From Diplonema japonicum (lineage: Eukaryota; Protista; Euglenozoa: Diplonemea): a stretch of 64,000 nt of DNA. The translations under genes and the position numbers were made by a program. Positions 1 to 11,470 of the stretch are shown here, piece after piece (position 1 is the stretch's first letter; each line of letters opens with the position of its first letter). The notes under the pieces are model-generated. The model had not been told where the DNA came from. It searched no databases and was given only the letters and a program-made list of their open reading frames with translations. Where the stretch lies: NCBI GenBank assembly GCA_964019335.1, contig OZ025710.1, forward strand, positions 124,001-188,000, read 5' to 3'.

Positions 1-299
1 AGTGTCCTCGTTGTCAAGACTGCGATGAACGACATCAAGATGCCCGCTTCCTTGCAGAACATGTTGGGGACAAGGATCTTGACCAGCATCTTTAGGTCCT
101 CCATGGAGCTGGTACCTATCTTCTTTTTGCCTTTCTCCTTCGATCTTTTTGCGGGGCCGTTCACGAAGCCGAACAGCACGAAGAAGGACCCGATGAAGAG
201 CAGCCCGAAAAGCTTCTGACTTCTTGTAGATGCCTCCCCATCTTTAGCAGGCGACATCAGCTTCACCAAAGCTTTGGTCCATGTTTGTGCTTCCGGCAT
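1..299 (-). CDS. Peroxisomal/glycosomal ABC transporter, ABCD family (N-terminal part; runs off the window start)
   Basis: Not in the ORF track. ATG at 299 gives an open frame to position 1: MPEAQTW...LKMLVKILVPNMFCKEAGILMSFIAVLTTRT. This matches the ABCD pre-TM1 pattern LxxLxP...xE.GxL...L..RT. Confidence 0.75.
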   Translation of the reverse strand, partial: MPEAQTWTKALVKLMSPAKDGEASTRSQKLFGLLFIGSFFVLFGFVNGPAKRSKEKGKKKIGTSSMEDLKMLVKILVPNMFCKEAGILMSFIAVLTTRT

Positions 300-1149
300 T
301 TCTCTTTTTTTTTTAAATGTATAGTATCGTCTCCTTTTTTTTTATATTCGGGTTAACAAGGAAAAATCAGTAACAAGAAAGAATTTCGGGGGGGGTACAC
401 TGAAGAAAAAAAAAGAAAATAAAAAGCGTGGTGGTAAAGAAAAAAAAAAAGAAAAAAGCCCGTGAAAAAGGAAAAAAAAAGGGGGGGAGTGGGAATGGAA
501 AGTTCTGGGAAGAATAATAATAAAAAACACACAAGACAGAAGGAAAAGAAAAAGAAAAAGAAAGGAGGTCCTGTTCAAGCCCATGAGTAAAGAGAAAAAA
601 AAAGGAGGGGGGAATTAAAGAAAAAAAATTAGGAGTGTTAGGTCAATTAAATCAGCTCTTACCAAGCTGGGGAGAGGGCCTTTTTTCTCTTTTTTTTTCT
701 TTGAGGGTGTGTTTGTGTGTGCAAAAAAAAAAAATTGCAAAAAAAAAGGACCTCCCCCAACCTACCTCCCTGTTCCCCCACTCCTTCCCTTTCTCCTCAC
801 TGATCCGAAAAAAAACTAAAAAAAAAAAAGGGCATCTGGAAGGGTATAGTAGTTTTTCCCAATCCTTCCTTCACCCATTTCTCCCCTTTTTTTTTGTTCC
901 AAGGGTTAAACGTACATAAAGGGAGGGGTAGTTATGAAAAAAAAGAAAACACTTTACAAAAAAAAAAAAAATAGAAATAAAAAAAAGTGATCCCCCCTCC
1001 CAATTCATATCCTCCCCGAGGTTTTGGCCGTTCCTTTCCCTTTCTCTTTTTTTTTTTGGTTTTCCTCTTTTTTTCCCCTTTTGTCTTTTTTTTTTTTCTC
1101 TCTCCTCCCGTCCCTCGCCACCAATAATAACATATTATCTCCGCTTTGC

Positions 1150-1933
1150 CTATTCGCAGAATGCGAACGGGTAGCTGTGGCCGCCATCGTCGTTCTCCAT
1201 CTCCGGGTCGTAGGTGTCCTATAAAAGAAAAAAATATTTTTTTTTCTCTCCCTCTGTCACTCATACCAGGTAGTTCTTGGACCTGAAGAACTCGTAAGCA
1301 CCCGGAATGTTCTCCTTGACAGGCTGGTAGAAGGGGAGGAAAGACCTCCTGGGCTTCACACCCCACTTTTTCTGGGTGTCCCAATGGCCGAGCTCACCCA
1401 TCTGTATTTTTTTTTTTTTTTTTTTTTTTTTTAAACCATACCTCCTCGTAGAATGAGGCAAAGGGGGAAGGAGTCCCCTTCATGTAGTACCAGGCCGCCT
1501 TCTGGCAGGTGGGGTGGTCCTCACCAAGGGAGCCGATGCAGTGGTTAAGCTGCTGGAGGAGGAAATAGGAGTATTTTGCACGGCAGTATGATACGAGGTA
1601 GCCGTGCTGCTGGAAGTCGGTGAACCCAGGGTTGGTCTCGGGTCTAGGCATGCGGAGTGTTGATGAGTTCACGCAACCTTTGGTCATGGTGACGTTGTCC
1701 AGTGCCCAGCCCGACTTTTCCATGTGGTCGGCGTACTTGGTCTCGTACTTCTCCTTCGCCTTCAGCAGCACCTCCTGCGGACCGTCGGGACCATCTTCCC
1801 CGTACCACTTATCCTCAAACTTCGCAGGGTTGGGTTCAGGTCCGTACGCCGTGTTGTTGATACCAGTGAAGTATGACAGGAAGGTCACCGGCTGCGCCTT
1901 CCCGCAGACCACACTCTCACGCTTCTCACCCAT
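1150..1933 (-). CDS. Cytochrome c oxidase subunit VI, kinetoplastid type (COX6B-like); 3 exons
   Basis: Exons 1933-1442, 1401-1267, 1218-1150; GT-AG introns 1402-1441 and 1219-1266. HCIGSLGEDHPTCQK...LGHWD...GVKP...FYQPVKENIPGAYE closely resembles trypanosomatid COX VI as recalled. Confidence 0.85.
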
Positions 1934-1963
1934 GTTGGAGTTCTTTTTAGGTCTTTTGCCCTG

Positions 1964-1994
<31 letters not shown>

Positions 1995-2207
1995 CCCCGC
2001 ACGAGAATTTAAAAAAAAAAAGGGAAGAGAAAATCACACTTTTTTCTAACGGGGGGGTGGGGATGGCAAGAAAACAAAAAAAAAACCAAAATATTTTTTT
2101 TTTTCTTTAGGGGGTAGGCTAGGTTAGGGGGGAAAAAATACACTTTTTTCCTTTTTTTTTTTCTTCCTTCCTCCTTCAATCATCTCAAAAAATCCACTAG
2201 AGGGGCC

Positions 2208-3614
2208 TTACGCAGACTCCAATGCCTTCAGGACCTTCCCCACAGTGGGGAGGTGAATGGACGAAATGTTGAGCACTTCAGGAGCGGGTCGGAAGCCGAG
2301 GAGGTAAAGGACCTTCACAGCCTCAGGGTGGGCGGCGATGTTCTTCTGGAAGGCGTTGTTGGTGGTCTTGATAGTACGGAACTTAGGATTGAAGGGGTCA
2401 CCCACAATGTTGCTCACATAGGCTTTGAGGACCTTGACGGAACCAGGGAGGTGGGAGACCTGGTTGACAGCCAGGGTAATGTCCTCATCTGCAAGGGTGA
2501 GGCCTGGCAAGGGCAGTCCTGTTGCAGCAGGCAGTTTTGTATTACTAGGCTGGACCGGAGCTTGTTGCGGTTGCTGCGCAGCGGTATTGAACTTCATGGG
2601 GTCCCAATCATCATCTGCTGCTGTTGCTGTGTTCTTCCCGAAGAATTCTGCCGCAGAGACCTTCTTCACAGGAAGCTCGTCCTTTTCCTGTTCGTTGTCC
2701 TTTTTGTCTTCCGGAAGGGGTTTCCACCCTTTGGCCAACCGCTCCTCCGCGATCTTTGCCTTGACAGCCTCTCTGGCCAGCCTGTCCCTTTCCTTCTCTC
2801 TTTTCTTCTCCTCGTACGCCTCCAATCTCTTCCTCTTCTCGTGCTCCTCCTTCCACTCTTGTTTGTCTTGACCGTCCTTCCTCCTTGATTTCTCGATTGC
2901 CTTTTGGTGCTCGCGATCCTTTGCAAGCCGCTCAGCTTTTTTCACCTCAAGCAATTGTTGCAGCTCCGCTGCTTTCTTCGCCTTCTCGTCAGCCGTCAAA
3001 GGAAGCGTCCACTCTGGAACAAGATATTCCTCAAGAGGTTTGTCCAGGTTAGGGTCGGCACTGTGCTTTTCGATGTATGTGATGGCTGTTTCGGGAGTGG
3101 TGCCGTCGCCGAGGGCGAGGGCCCGAACGGCACGGGGCTCGGGTATGCCCATCTCGAGAAGGGTGGTTAGAGATTCTTTGGGGACCTTTTTCTTTTTGTC
3201 GGCATCCTTTGCTTGGCGGGCCTTTGCCTTCTCTATCATGTCCTTGCTCAGCCCCTCTGCCTCCATGGCGTCTATCAACTCCTCAATGTTCTTCTGTTTC
3301 ACCTTTGCAAGCTCCTTCGCGGCATCGATCGTCTCGCCCCTGCTGAACACGCAGAGTCCTTCATCGCACACCTTCTCGATCTGGTCAATGACCGCAGCAT
3401 CAGTGGCCTGCATCTGGATGGTTGCCTCGTGCCCGTTGACATACAGCTTCATGTCCTCTGTTGTGTATGCCATCCTCGTCACGAAGTTCTGGAATGCCGT
3501 CCCGTTGTGAAACAGGCTCACCCTCCCCTTCGTCCCCTGCCTCTCGGCTATCAAGCGGATCTTGTCCCCATCACAATCCATGAACGACACTTCTGCCTGA
3601 GGTGCTCGTGCCAT
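2208..3614 (-). CDS. UBA + coiled-coil + PUB domain protein (probable p97/Cdc48 cofactor)
   Basis: UBA motif LLEMGIPEPRAVRAL; C-terminal PUB motif LKAYVSNIVGDPFNPKFRTIKTTNNAF...LLGF. Confidence 0.85.
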   Translation of the reverse strand: MARAPQAEVSFMDCDGDKIRLIAERQGTKGRVSLFHNGTAFQNFVTRMAYTTEDMKLYVNGHEATIQMQATDAAVIDQIEKVCDEGLCVFSRGETIDAAKELAKVKQKNIEELIDAMEAEGLSKDMIEKAKARQAKDADKKKKVPKESLTTLLEMGIPEPRAVRALALGDGTTPETAITYIEKHSADPNLDKPLEEYLVPEWTLPLTADEKAKKAAELQQLLEVKKAERLAKDREHQKAIEKSRRKDGQDKQEWKEEHEKRKRLEAYEEKKREKERDRLAREAVKAKIAEERLAKGWKPLPEDKKDNEQEKDELPVKKVSAAEFFGKNTATAADDDWDPMKFNTAAQQPQQAPVQPSNTKLPAATGLPLPGLTLADEDITLAVNQVSHLPGSVKVLKAYVSNIVGDPFNPKFRTIKTTNNAFQKNIAAHPEAVKVLYLLGFRPAPEVLNISSIHLPTVGKVLKALESA

Positions 3615-3827
3615 TTTGTCTTCCTTTTTTATTTTATTTTTTTAATTTTTTTTTTTGAGTGTACCCTGTGTATAGTATGAAGAAGAAAAAAAAGAAAACA
3701 AGGTGAGAAAATGCACACGAAACAAAAAGTACGTCGAGGTCGAGGGAAGCTTGTTGTAAAACAAGGCTAAAAAAAACTTTCCCCTCCTTTTTTTTTCTTT
3801 CCCCCCCCCCCTTTTTTTTTTGTCTTT

Positions 3828-6800
3828 TCAAAACAGATTCACAACGATCTTCCCGATCCCCGTGCTGTCGAGGACGGTCTTCATGATCTTCCCCACGCCT
3901 CCCTTCATGATAGTCTTGGTGATGGGCCCCAACTGCGACAGGAAAATAATCTTGATGGGCTCGTTGAGAAAGATATCCTGCCAGTAAGTCCACAATGCAC
4001 CGTTGAAGACAGGGCTGCTCGACGAGGTGTTCTCGACCAGAAACACAATAGAGAAGAACACGGTGAGAATCTGTATCACTATCGCAAGTACGTATCCAAT
4101 ATACCTGCAGTAAGTAGGAAGCCGTGGGGGGAACAACGGACCTCGAAGCATTGTCCTGAGAAAGAAGACCGCAGCAAGGCCCAGAACTCCAACGGTCCCT
4201 GTAAGGACCCACACAGTAAGGTTGCTAACCGCCTTGCCTTCCCAATCAATCTGGCCAAGAATGGTGTAAACTATACAAGCAAACATAACATAGTAGACCA
4301 TCATCCCAAAGAACGGCATGTCCATCACATAATCGAAAATTATGTAGCAAGGGAACAATGCCCACGCCACCAAGAACACAGCCCCAAGGACGATCACTTT
4401 CAAAGGGGGTTCAACGATGAGGTACAACAGCAACACGAACAGACCCACCGTCAGCATTGTCATCCCTACAGAGTGCACGGCTCGATGCTTCTTCCCAAAC
4501 ACGGCCATGAGAACGATTACGCATTCAGTGTAAAGCAACAAAACACCAACAGTAACCTCTGCAATAAGCAGAAATATGGTGCCGATGGACAACACGCTTG
4601 ATAGTAGAATCTTCCCGAAAGATGTGAAGAATGAAATGGTTGTGAACAACGATGCTGAGACCATGTAGAGAGCCCAACCAACAGCGCCTTGCTTCGATAA
4701 GACAGCGACAATAATGTGAATCCCAATTACGAGTACTATGTTCTTGATGTATGTGGCCGGGTTCTCCTTGATCTTCTCCAGGAGGGTTTGGTCCTTGTTG
4801 TTCTCAGAACCACCGTCGTGGGGAATAGATCTCTTTGATTTTGTTTCGTCTACAGTCGTCTCGTAGGTAGTGAAGGATCTCGAGGTATGTTGAGGATGGA
4901 TGCCAGCTGCCCATGACGCGCGTCTTGCGTCGGCTTGGTGCACTCTTGAGTTTTTGTTAGCATTTGTACTGTCGACGGGTAAGGCTCTCAGCGGTTCATT
5001 GTACAGAGTGTATTCCATTGCTACCAATGCCCTCGCCACCTCTTTGAACGGGATGTTTTTACGGTGGTTCGGGTGCAGCTCCAAATCGTACCATGTCCGT
5101 TCGTACCCTGTAATGCTCAGACCGTTGTCGATTAGGTTCATGCGTAGCGCGATGAGGCTGATGCTCAACGTCCCGATTTCTTCAATCCGCAAGCCGTTTT
5201 CAAAGAACGTAATGCTGAGCTTCTCATCCTCGTCTCGAACCGGGAACAGAATAGTGTTGGTGTGGCTCCATTTCGGGTGGATGGAGTTCCATATCGTGGA
5301 GGACACAAACCGTTTGTTTTCCCAATCAATCGAATAGAAAATGTCAGGCAACGAGTTGTGATCGAGCTGCGGGAAATTCAATGCTTCCGGAATGTACACC
5401 GACAGTTCCCCAATGATGGGGGCCATTGGGTTCTGGTCGATTTTGAATTCAGAGAACTTCGCTTCCAGTGCATTGCTTCGTTGAAACAGCAGTCTGATGA
5501 CAACTGTTGTAGGGGACATTATCAGTGAGGCGGTGATCGCGGTTGTGATTAGTTTCAAAGGTGTCGAAGAATTGTCGTTTCCGAAGAACAAAATAGCGAT
5601 GAACACGGAACTGGACATAAACGTTGTCAGAACCACAACCCTCTGCGTCCTTGTGTAGCTTGAATGCGGCTCTCTGAACAACACGGTGAACCAGGTGTGG
5701 TGTTTCATCTCTGTGAAAATCTCGCGGGTTTTTTGTTTTGTTTTCCACCAGCACGACGTTTCAGCCGTGCAACTTTCCTCTCCCCCCACCTGTATCCTCG
5801 ACATTTCTTGCGGGTCCTCTGTTGTCAACCTTCTTATCGACAGTTTCGGTACAAACACACTCGACGTTGGTGAATTCCCTAGCCCCGCTTGCAATTGCTT
5901 CACCGCTGCTGATTTCTTTCTCGCATTCCTTGGCGACCACAAGGGTCTCCCTAGATTTTCGTCTTGATGCTCTTCCTTTGAATCCAAATAAGCACACACC
6001 ACTAGCACAATGCACATCACGCCGTAGACTATACCGTACGCTACAAGGACACGGATCCCTGTCTCATCGAGATTCTCGAAAGCATGCACCCACGTCCCCG
6101 GGCTGAACTGCTCCGTGTTGATCGTCGGGATGACCTCGGTGTATATGAAGGCCGCAATTTCACCTGCTTTGTTCGTCACCACCGTGAAAACGTCGTTCTT
6201 TTGCTTTGTGATGGTGAGCCGCAGTTGGTTGAACCCGCCAGTGAAGGCGGTTGCTCCAGTTGGGATATGGAACCAGTATGAGTAAACACCTGGAGTGTAC
6301 TGAAAATCGCTGTACTGGCCTGTCAAATGAACCCAATTCATAGTGTCGTTCGCCAAGTCCAACCGCCACCTGACAGGGTTGCGGAAGACCATCTCCGTGC
6401 GTGCCGCGAAGCCGTACGAGGAAATCCCGTCCATGTGGGAGTGGAACGTAAAAATCAAAGCTTGCTGGTTGTAATCAACCCAAGCAGTTGTAACATCACC
6501 GTCCGAGACAGCAGAGCTGGTTTGCGCAGGAAGAGACGACCCCCCAGGGTTGGACACGGTATACATGGTAGGGGGTATTTCCGTACCTGTTTTGTCTTTC
6601 ATGTAAAATTCAGACAACTGCGTTGCCTTGATGTGCTGGTTGTGCACGGAGAGCACCTTGGCCCTCCACCCGCTTCCGCGCCCATCGGTGAGCTTTTTAC
6701 AGTATTCCGTGAGGTTCTGCCCGCCGTCCCCGTTGTCGATTATTTCCCATTTCATGGTGGCGGGGTTTCTCCACTTCACCTGATGCCTTGTGATGGAAAC

Positions 6801-9800
6801 GGAGCTTTTACCGTTTCGCTGCTGCTCGCATTCAGCGACGGTTGGGTACCGTGTTTGGTTGAGATCGACGCTGAGGCTTGCGGTGACGTCGAACGGGACA
6901 CTGGGAGGGGTATCAGACGCATCGCGGACCTGTGTATTGACGACAGATGAAGTGAGGTTTGGTTCATTGAAGAGAGTCGGATCGGCTTTGGTCACAGAGC
7001 ATCCGTATGGGACGGCGTTCCCTAGTGGTGAAACGGTCACGCCTAGGCTTGTCACAGGTGCGTTGGGTTGTATGGCTTTCCCCGTCACTCGGAACCCCCG
7101 CTCAGCGTGATCGAAGGAGCCTTTCTGTTTCATCTTTGTCAAAACGGTGTCGGCTGCGTCCTTCAACGCACCCGACACAATCTTTTCCGTGCCTGCAAAA
7201 TTCTTATCGGCGAGGCTAGCCACTCCAATATTGTCGACCGCTGATAAAATCTCGTTGATCTTGTGTATCCCCACACGCGATTGATCCCCTAAACCCGACT
7301 CTACGCTTATTTTCTTTAGCAGCGTGCTCGCCGTTGTAATCCCTGTGTCCTGCGCCGTCGACGAGACACGTTCGTAATTGAAGGAATATTTTTTCAACGT
7401 CTCCGAGGCCGCCGACACCGTCGCGTCTTCAATGGCTGCCATGGAGGAGACGATGTCGTGTGTGATGGCTGCGGCGGAGGTTGTGGACCGCACCTCGGTA
7501 TTGTGAAATGTCTCGTTAGATGCAACAGATTCATTTTGAAGGACCAGGAATAACCTGCGAGACGGCGCCGCATGCGCGGCGTGTGCCTCGTCTACAACGT
7601 CCACAAGATTGTCGACCACGCCGAGAGACTCCTCCACGACTTCGGTGTCGTCGGTTGTAGTCTTGTCCCCTATTTTGTTCTCAACCTCTTGTATCAAATT
7701 CTCTATGACACTTGTCAGCCGCTGCGTGCTGTCTTGCACTCCAAAGCCCGACACTGTGATGTTCACCGCCTCCCTTGCAAACCATTCGCTCACTTTTTTC
7801 CCGTCGTACAGATGAACCCTACCTTCTATGTGGCTCATTCCGCTGGGCAGCATAATCGTTTCCCCTGTGTTTGCCAGCGACACACCTTTCAAAAGCATTC
7901 TGTTTCCATTCGGAAGCCTCGCTGCAAAGGAGTAATAAACAAGCTCTCCGGTGGTGTCGTGCAAGGACCAGTCGTCGAAGGAAAACGAAACGGGCTGCCC
8001 GATGGCAGGGGGTGTTGATGCGGTTCTCACCGTCAACGTCCCGGTTTGTATTTGTCGGAAAGAGATCTTCGGGATGAGCGTCGCTTGCGTCACGCTGAGC
8101 CCGTTCAAAAACACGCAAAGAAACGCCTTCTGCTCCCCGAAGGTCCACCAAGGTAAAGTTGTGTTGTACACCAAGCGTTGATTGTAGATAACATCGGTTA
8201 AAGTAAAGGGCACCGCACCATCCCAGGCACAGTTCTCATCACGGCCTAGCGACGTCACTAAATGAGACACGACCACCGGTGTGAAGGGACCTCCATCTAC
8301 AGTGAGCTTTATCCGTGAGTCTCTCCACATGGGAACTTCACACCCTTGCTGCAAGCCACATAACCGAATCCCATTGATAAGCACCCTGCTGATAAAAACC
8401 GAGTTGGGAAGAGAATTCTCCATGGGCGCCGTTTCATGTTGGTAGTACGGAGCGGAGTACAACGGGGGCACGGATGGGGGGTCGGGGACTGTCTGCCCGC
8501 AAAAGAGTTCTGGATCGGGGCATTCGATGTCCCCATACAGGCCTGAGACATCTTCAGGTGAGAACGTGAAGAATTCCCCGGGTTTTCGGGTGTTTTTCGG
8601 GCCGATTTTCTCACCTTTTCGGTTGCATGTAACAGTCGATGATCCCATCGTGATCTCAATAGCTTGCGATCCGAAGATTGTCGTGAAGCACATGGACGGG
8701 AGGCAGTGCGGTGATACTTGATCGGTATCGACCCACTGCTGCTTCAAACTCCCAAGAAAGCACCGGCTGTCCTTCGAAAACTCGTTGAACTCTGTGCATT
8801 TCCCCTCCCAACAGTCGGGGGGCGCCGAGGGGACTTCTTGTCTCGTGGAGATGCACGAGAAATCCCGTTCCGCGATCCACGAGAAACAGTAATCTTGCAT
8901 GACATCGCAGCCACCATGCGCCCTTGCTGCCTCCGCTGAGGAGAAGCTTGCATTGTCACCCTTGTAGGACCTTCTATCTATGTACTCCAAGGGTATCAGA
9001 AACCCGAAATTTTCAGTTTGCTTGTGCTCTCCGGAGCATTTCACGAGTTTTTCTGGCGACGTGAAGTCCGAACACTTCGCCAGGCATTCGGAACCTCCAG
9101 ACCGGCACGCTCCCCCGAGCAACGCTGTTTTTTTATACTGCAGGAGACAGGAATATTCGGTGTTGGTGTGCCACATGGCACAGGATTCCCTTAAAAACGA
9201 ACACCCAGCTTGCCTGCCGTACTTGGTGGATTGCCCCGGTTTTGCAATGTGGTAGAAACCGGTGTCATGCAGCATCGCAAGGGTGAAGGGTGACACAACC
9301 GCGTCTTGAGGAAGGAGCGACGACATGATGTCTCCCCGTGAGATTCGATTTTCCCAGTGCACGGCGTAGTAGGCCGGCGGGACACGGTTAAAGGTGTGGT
9401 CTTCTATTTCCATTCCGAGGGAGTCGGAGCAGTTGTAGAAGTCTTTTACGGTTTCTAGGATTGTCGGTGTGGTGATGAAGGTTTGTTTATCGGGGATGGT
9501 TGAGGATCCTTCCGTGGCAAAGTTGACGGCCTCCGATTTGGTGGGTCGGTCGCGGGTGGTGACAACATCAGAGTACATTAACTTCTCGCTTTGCGTACGA
9601 TTCGAATCAGTGCTGGAAAACCATTTGTTCAAAAACGTTGGTAGCAACCCGATACCAGCGTTGCTTCGGAACAAAGGCGGGTACAGCCCCAGCACGTGGA
9701 ACAACTCATGAAGGAGGACTTGGGTTGTGTACCCTTTTGAGATCGTGTTGATTTTACCAGGATTGAAGTTGATGATGCCCGTGGTGGGCCGATGGGTCAC

Positions 9801-10406
9801 CGGGGCAAAATAACACGGCCATGAAACCGCGTGTGTAGAATTTCGAAGACCGTCCGGCATAGGGGTTGCCGTGATGTAAAGGAAGAAATCGTATTTCGAC
9901 AACACACTTTCCTCCGCCATTGGAAATAGAAACGGCGTTCCTCGGTTTTTAACAGAGCAGTCGATGGTTTGTGTGATGCCTTTTGGGTAGGATACCCCAC
10001 TCGCTCCTTCCTCGTCTGTTCTGCATGGTTCGAGGTAGCCCTCGGCTATGATGACTGCTTCTTCTACAGAATTGTGCAAGGATTGGATCTGATCGGTATT
10101 TAGAACATCGGTTTCTTGGCAGGTTACTGTTTCCAGCCCGTTTATGGCGGTCAATCGTTGTCCCGATGAGCTGCATGTGTGGATCGGGCCGGTTTCCATG
10201 TTGGCCTTGATTTTTAAAGGCCGCCGTGTTTCGATTCTTGTTGAACTTGGGTTGATGAATTCTGTGGTTCTCCCCTCGATTTGGTCTTTGTTCAGCCAAA
10301 ACAGTTCCTCAACCCCACCCACGCTTTCGTGAAGTTCGTTGTCACCCTGGCATCTCCCTTCTTTTGATACCGCCGACCAGATTAGTATCAACAGGGCACT
10401 ATTCAT
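3828..10406 (-). CDS. 2192-aa membrane protein: M8 (leishmanolysin/GP63) metalloprotease + REJ/GAIN-like region + polycystin-1-like TM module + C2 domain
   Basis: Intronless ORF with a signal peptide; HELFHVLG, HWENR, DIMS (metzincin); REJ-like F..W....YSF...LPSG; PKD-like HTW...SSYTRTQR and LP...WQDIFLNEPIK; C2-like GELSVYIPEALNFP...PD...TIWNSIHPKW. Confidence 0.85.
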   Translation of the reverse strand: MNSALLILIWSAVSKEGRCQGDNELHESVGGVEELFWLNKDQIEGRTTEFINPSSTRIETRRPLKIKANMETGPIHTCSSSGQRLTAINGLETVTCQETDVLNTDQIQSLHNSVEEAVIIAEGYLEPCRTDEEGASGVSYPKGITQTIDCSVKNRGTPFLFPMAEESVLSKYDFFLYITATPMPDGLRNSTHAVSWPCYFAPVTHRPTTGIINFNPGKINTISKGYTTQVLLHELFHVLGLYPPLFRSNAGIGLLPTFLNKWFSSTDSNRTQSEKLMYSDVVTTRDRPTKSEAVNFATEGSSTIPDKQTFITTPTILETVKDFYNCSDSLGMEIEDHTFNRVPPAYYAVHWENRISRGDIMSSLLPQDAVVSPFTLAMLHDTGFYHIAKPGQSTKYGRQAGCSFLRESCAMWHTNTEYSCLLQYKKTALLGGACRSGGSECLAKCSDFTSPEKLVKCSGEHKQTENFGFLIPLEYIDRRSYKGDNASFSSAEAARAHGGCDVMQDYCFSWIAERDFSCISTRQEVPSAPPDCWEGKCTEFNEFSKDSRCFLGSLKQQWVDTDQVSPHCLPSMCFTTIFGSQAIEITMGSSTVTCNRKGEKIGPKNTRKPGEFFTFSPEDVSGLYGDIECPDPELFCGQTVPDPPSVPPLYSAPYYQHETAPMENSLPNSVFISRVLINGIRLCGLQQGCEVPMWRDSRIKLTVDGGPFTPVVVSHLVTSLGRDENCAWDGAVPFTLTDVIYNQRLVYNTTLPWWTFGEQKAFLCVFLNGLSVTQATLIPKISFRQIQTGTLTVRTASTPPAIGQPVSFSFDDWSLHDTTGELVYYSFAARLPNGNRMLLKGVSLANTGETIMLPSGMSHIEGRVHLYDGKKVSEWFAREAVNITVSGFGVQDSTQRLTSVIENLIQEVENKIGDKTTTDDTEVVEESLGVVDNLVDVVDEAHAAHAAPSRRLFLVLQNESVASNETFHNTEVRSTTSAAAITHDIVSSMAAIEDATVSAASETLKKYSFNYERVSSTAQDTGITTASTLLKKISVESGLGDQSRVGIHKINEILSAVDNIGVASLADKNFAGTEKIVSGALKDAADTVLTKMKQKGSFDHAERGFRVTGKAIQPNAPVTSLGVTVSPLGNAVPYGCSVTKADPTLFNEPNLTSSVVNTQVRDASDTPPSVPFDVTASLSVDLNQTRYPTVAECEQQRNGKSSVSITRHQVKWRNPATMKWEIIDNGDGGQNLTEYCKKLTDGRGSGWRAKVLSVHNQHIKATQLSEFYMKDKTGTEIPPTMYTVSNPGGSSLPAQTSSAVSDGDVTTAWVDYNQQALIFTFHSHMDGISSYGFAARTEMVFRNPVRWRLDLANDTMNWVHLTGQYSDFQYTPGVYSYWFHIPTGATAFTGGFNQLRLTITKQKNDVFTVVTNKAGEIAAFIYTEVIPTINTEQFSPGTWVHAFENLDETGIRVLVAYGIVYGVMCIVLVVCAYLDSKEEHQDENLGRPLWSPRNARKKSAAVKQLQAGLGNSPTSSVFVPKLSIRRLTTEDPQEMSRIQVGGEESCTAETSCWWKTKQKTREIFTEMKHHTWFTVLFREPHSSYTRTQRVVVLTTFMSSSVFIAILFFGNDNSSTPLKLITTAITASLIMSPTTVVIRLLFQRSNALEAKFSEFKIDQNPMAPIIGELSVYIPEALNFPQLDHNSLPDIFYSIDWENKRFVSSTIWNSIHPKWSHTNTILFPVRDEDEKLSITFFENGLRIEEIGTLSISLIALRMNLIDNGLSITGYERTWYDLELHPNHRKNIPFKEVARALVAMEYTLYNEPLRALPVDSTNANKNSRVHQADARRASWAAGIHPQHTSRSFTTYETTVDETKSKRSIPHDGGSENNKDQTLLEKIKENPATYIKNIVLVIGIHIIVAVLSKQGAVGWALYMVSASLFTTISFFTSFGKILLSSVLSIGTIFLLIAEVTVGVLLLYTECVIVLMAVFGKKHRAVHSVGMTMLTVGLFVLLLYLIVEPPLKVIVLGAVFLVAWALFPCYIIFDYVMDMPFFGMMVYYVMFACIVYTILGQIDWEGKAVSNLTVWVLTGTVGVLGLAAVFFLRTMLRGPLFPPRLPTYCRYIGYVLAIVIQILTVFFSIVFLVENTSSSSPVFNGALWTYWQDIFLNEPIKIIFLSQLGPITKTIMKGGVGKIMKTVLDSTGIGKIVVNLF

Positions 10407-10621
10407 TTTTACATTCTGATACGGGGGGTTGGATGGGGGGGGAGAAAAAAATCAAAAAATAAAAAACTTGACTGGGCTTCAAAAAAGAAAAAAAAGAAAT
10501 CAAAAAAAAAAAAAGGGTGGGGAAAAGAGGAAGAGAAAGAAAAAAAAGAGTCATGATGCTACTTCTCCCCTTTTTTTTTTCCCCCTACCTTCGCCTTTTT
10601 CCTTACCCTCAACTTGCATGC

Positions 10622-10969
10622 TTACTCCTGCTTGGTACGGAAGCTGGACCCGGCGGTAAGGCGGGCCTTTTTTATTTATTTTTTTTTTTAAACCCCATGT
10701 AAATGTAAATACCTTGCCACCAGCGGGCTGGGCGAGCACGTTGCTGCACGAGCCGCACACAACGACGGTGGAGGCGTGGCTGAAGACAACGGTCACCTGT
10801 TGGTTTTTTTTTTTTTTTTTTTTTTTCCCCTTCTCGCTACCTGCTTGCACGAGTTGCACCTCACGTCGAGGAAGCTGGACTTAGGTCCCTGAACAAGCCT
10901 CTTGCGCTTGTGGGCGTTCTTCTGGTCCTTCAGGGAAGGGTACAAGATGTCGGCATCGAGGAAACCCAT
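10622..10969 (-). CDS. RPS27: 40S ribosomal protein S27 (eS27), copy A; 3 exons
   Basis: Exons 10969-10841, 10796-10713, 10666-10622 give 85 aa: ...[22 protein letters not shown]...[14 protein letters not shown]...[13 protein letters not shown]. Confidence 0.95.
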
Positions 10970-11470
10970 TTTTGTTCTAAAGTTTTCTTTTCTACTGGGG
11001 TTTTTGGCTTTATTTTTATTCTTTTTTTTTTTAAATCTTTTTTACGCGTTTCCCGCTTCAACGCATAACACAAATACGGAAGGTGGGGTGAAAGATCGAA
11101 AAAAAAAAAAAAAAAAAAAAAAGCACACTCCATTTAAAAAAAAAAAGTTCTTTTCTTTTTCCGAATCTAGTCACCCCCCCTCCCTCACACCCACGTAACT
11201 TATAATAAAAGCATTTTCGGTCGGGCCAAAAGGGAGAGAAAGAAAAAAAAAATATGATAAGCGATCACCCTACCCACGTAGGGAACGGAATTACACAGCC
11301 TTTCCTCGTGTTGATAATTTGGTTTTTTTTTCCTTTTTTTATTCCTTCTTTTTTTTTTTTGTTTCCAAAGAAAGGGTTAGACAAGGGATCGGACAAGAAA
11401 ATCAAAGGAGGAGGGGAATAAAAAAACCCCCCTCCCCTACCCTTTTTTTTTTCAAGACATTGCACTAAAC

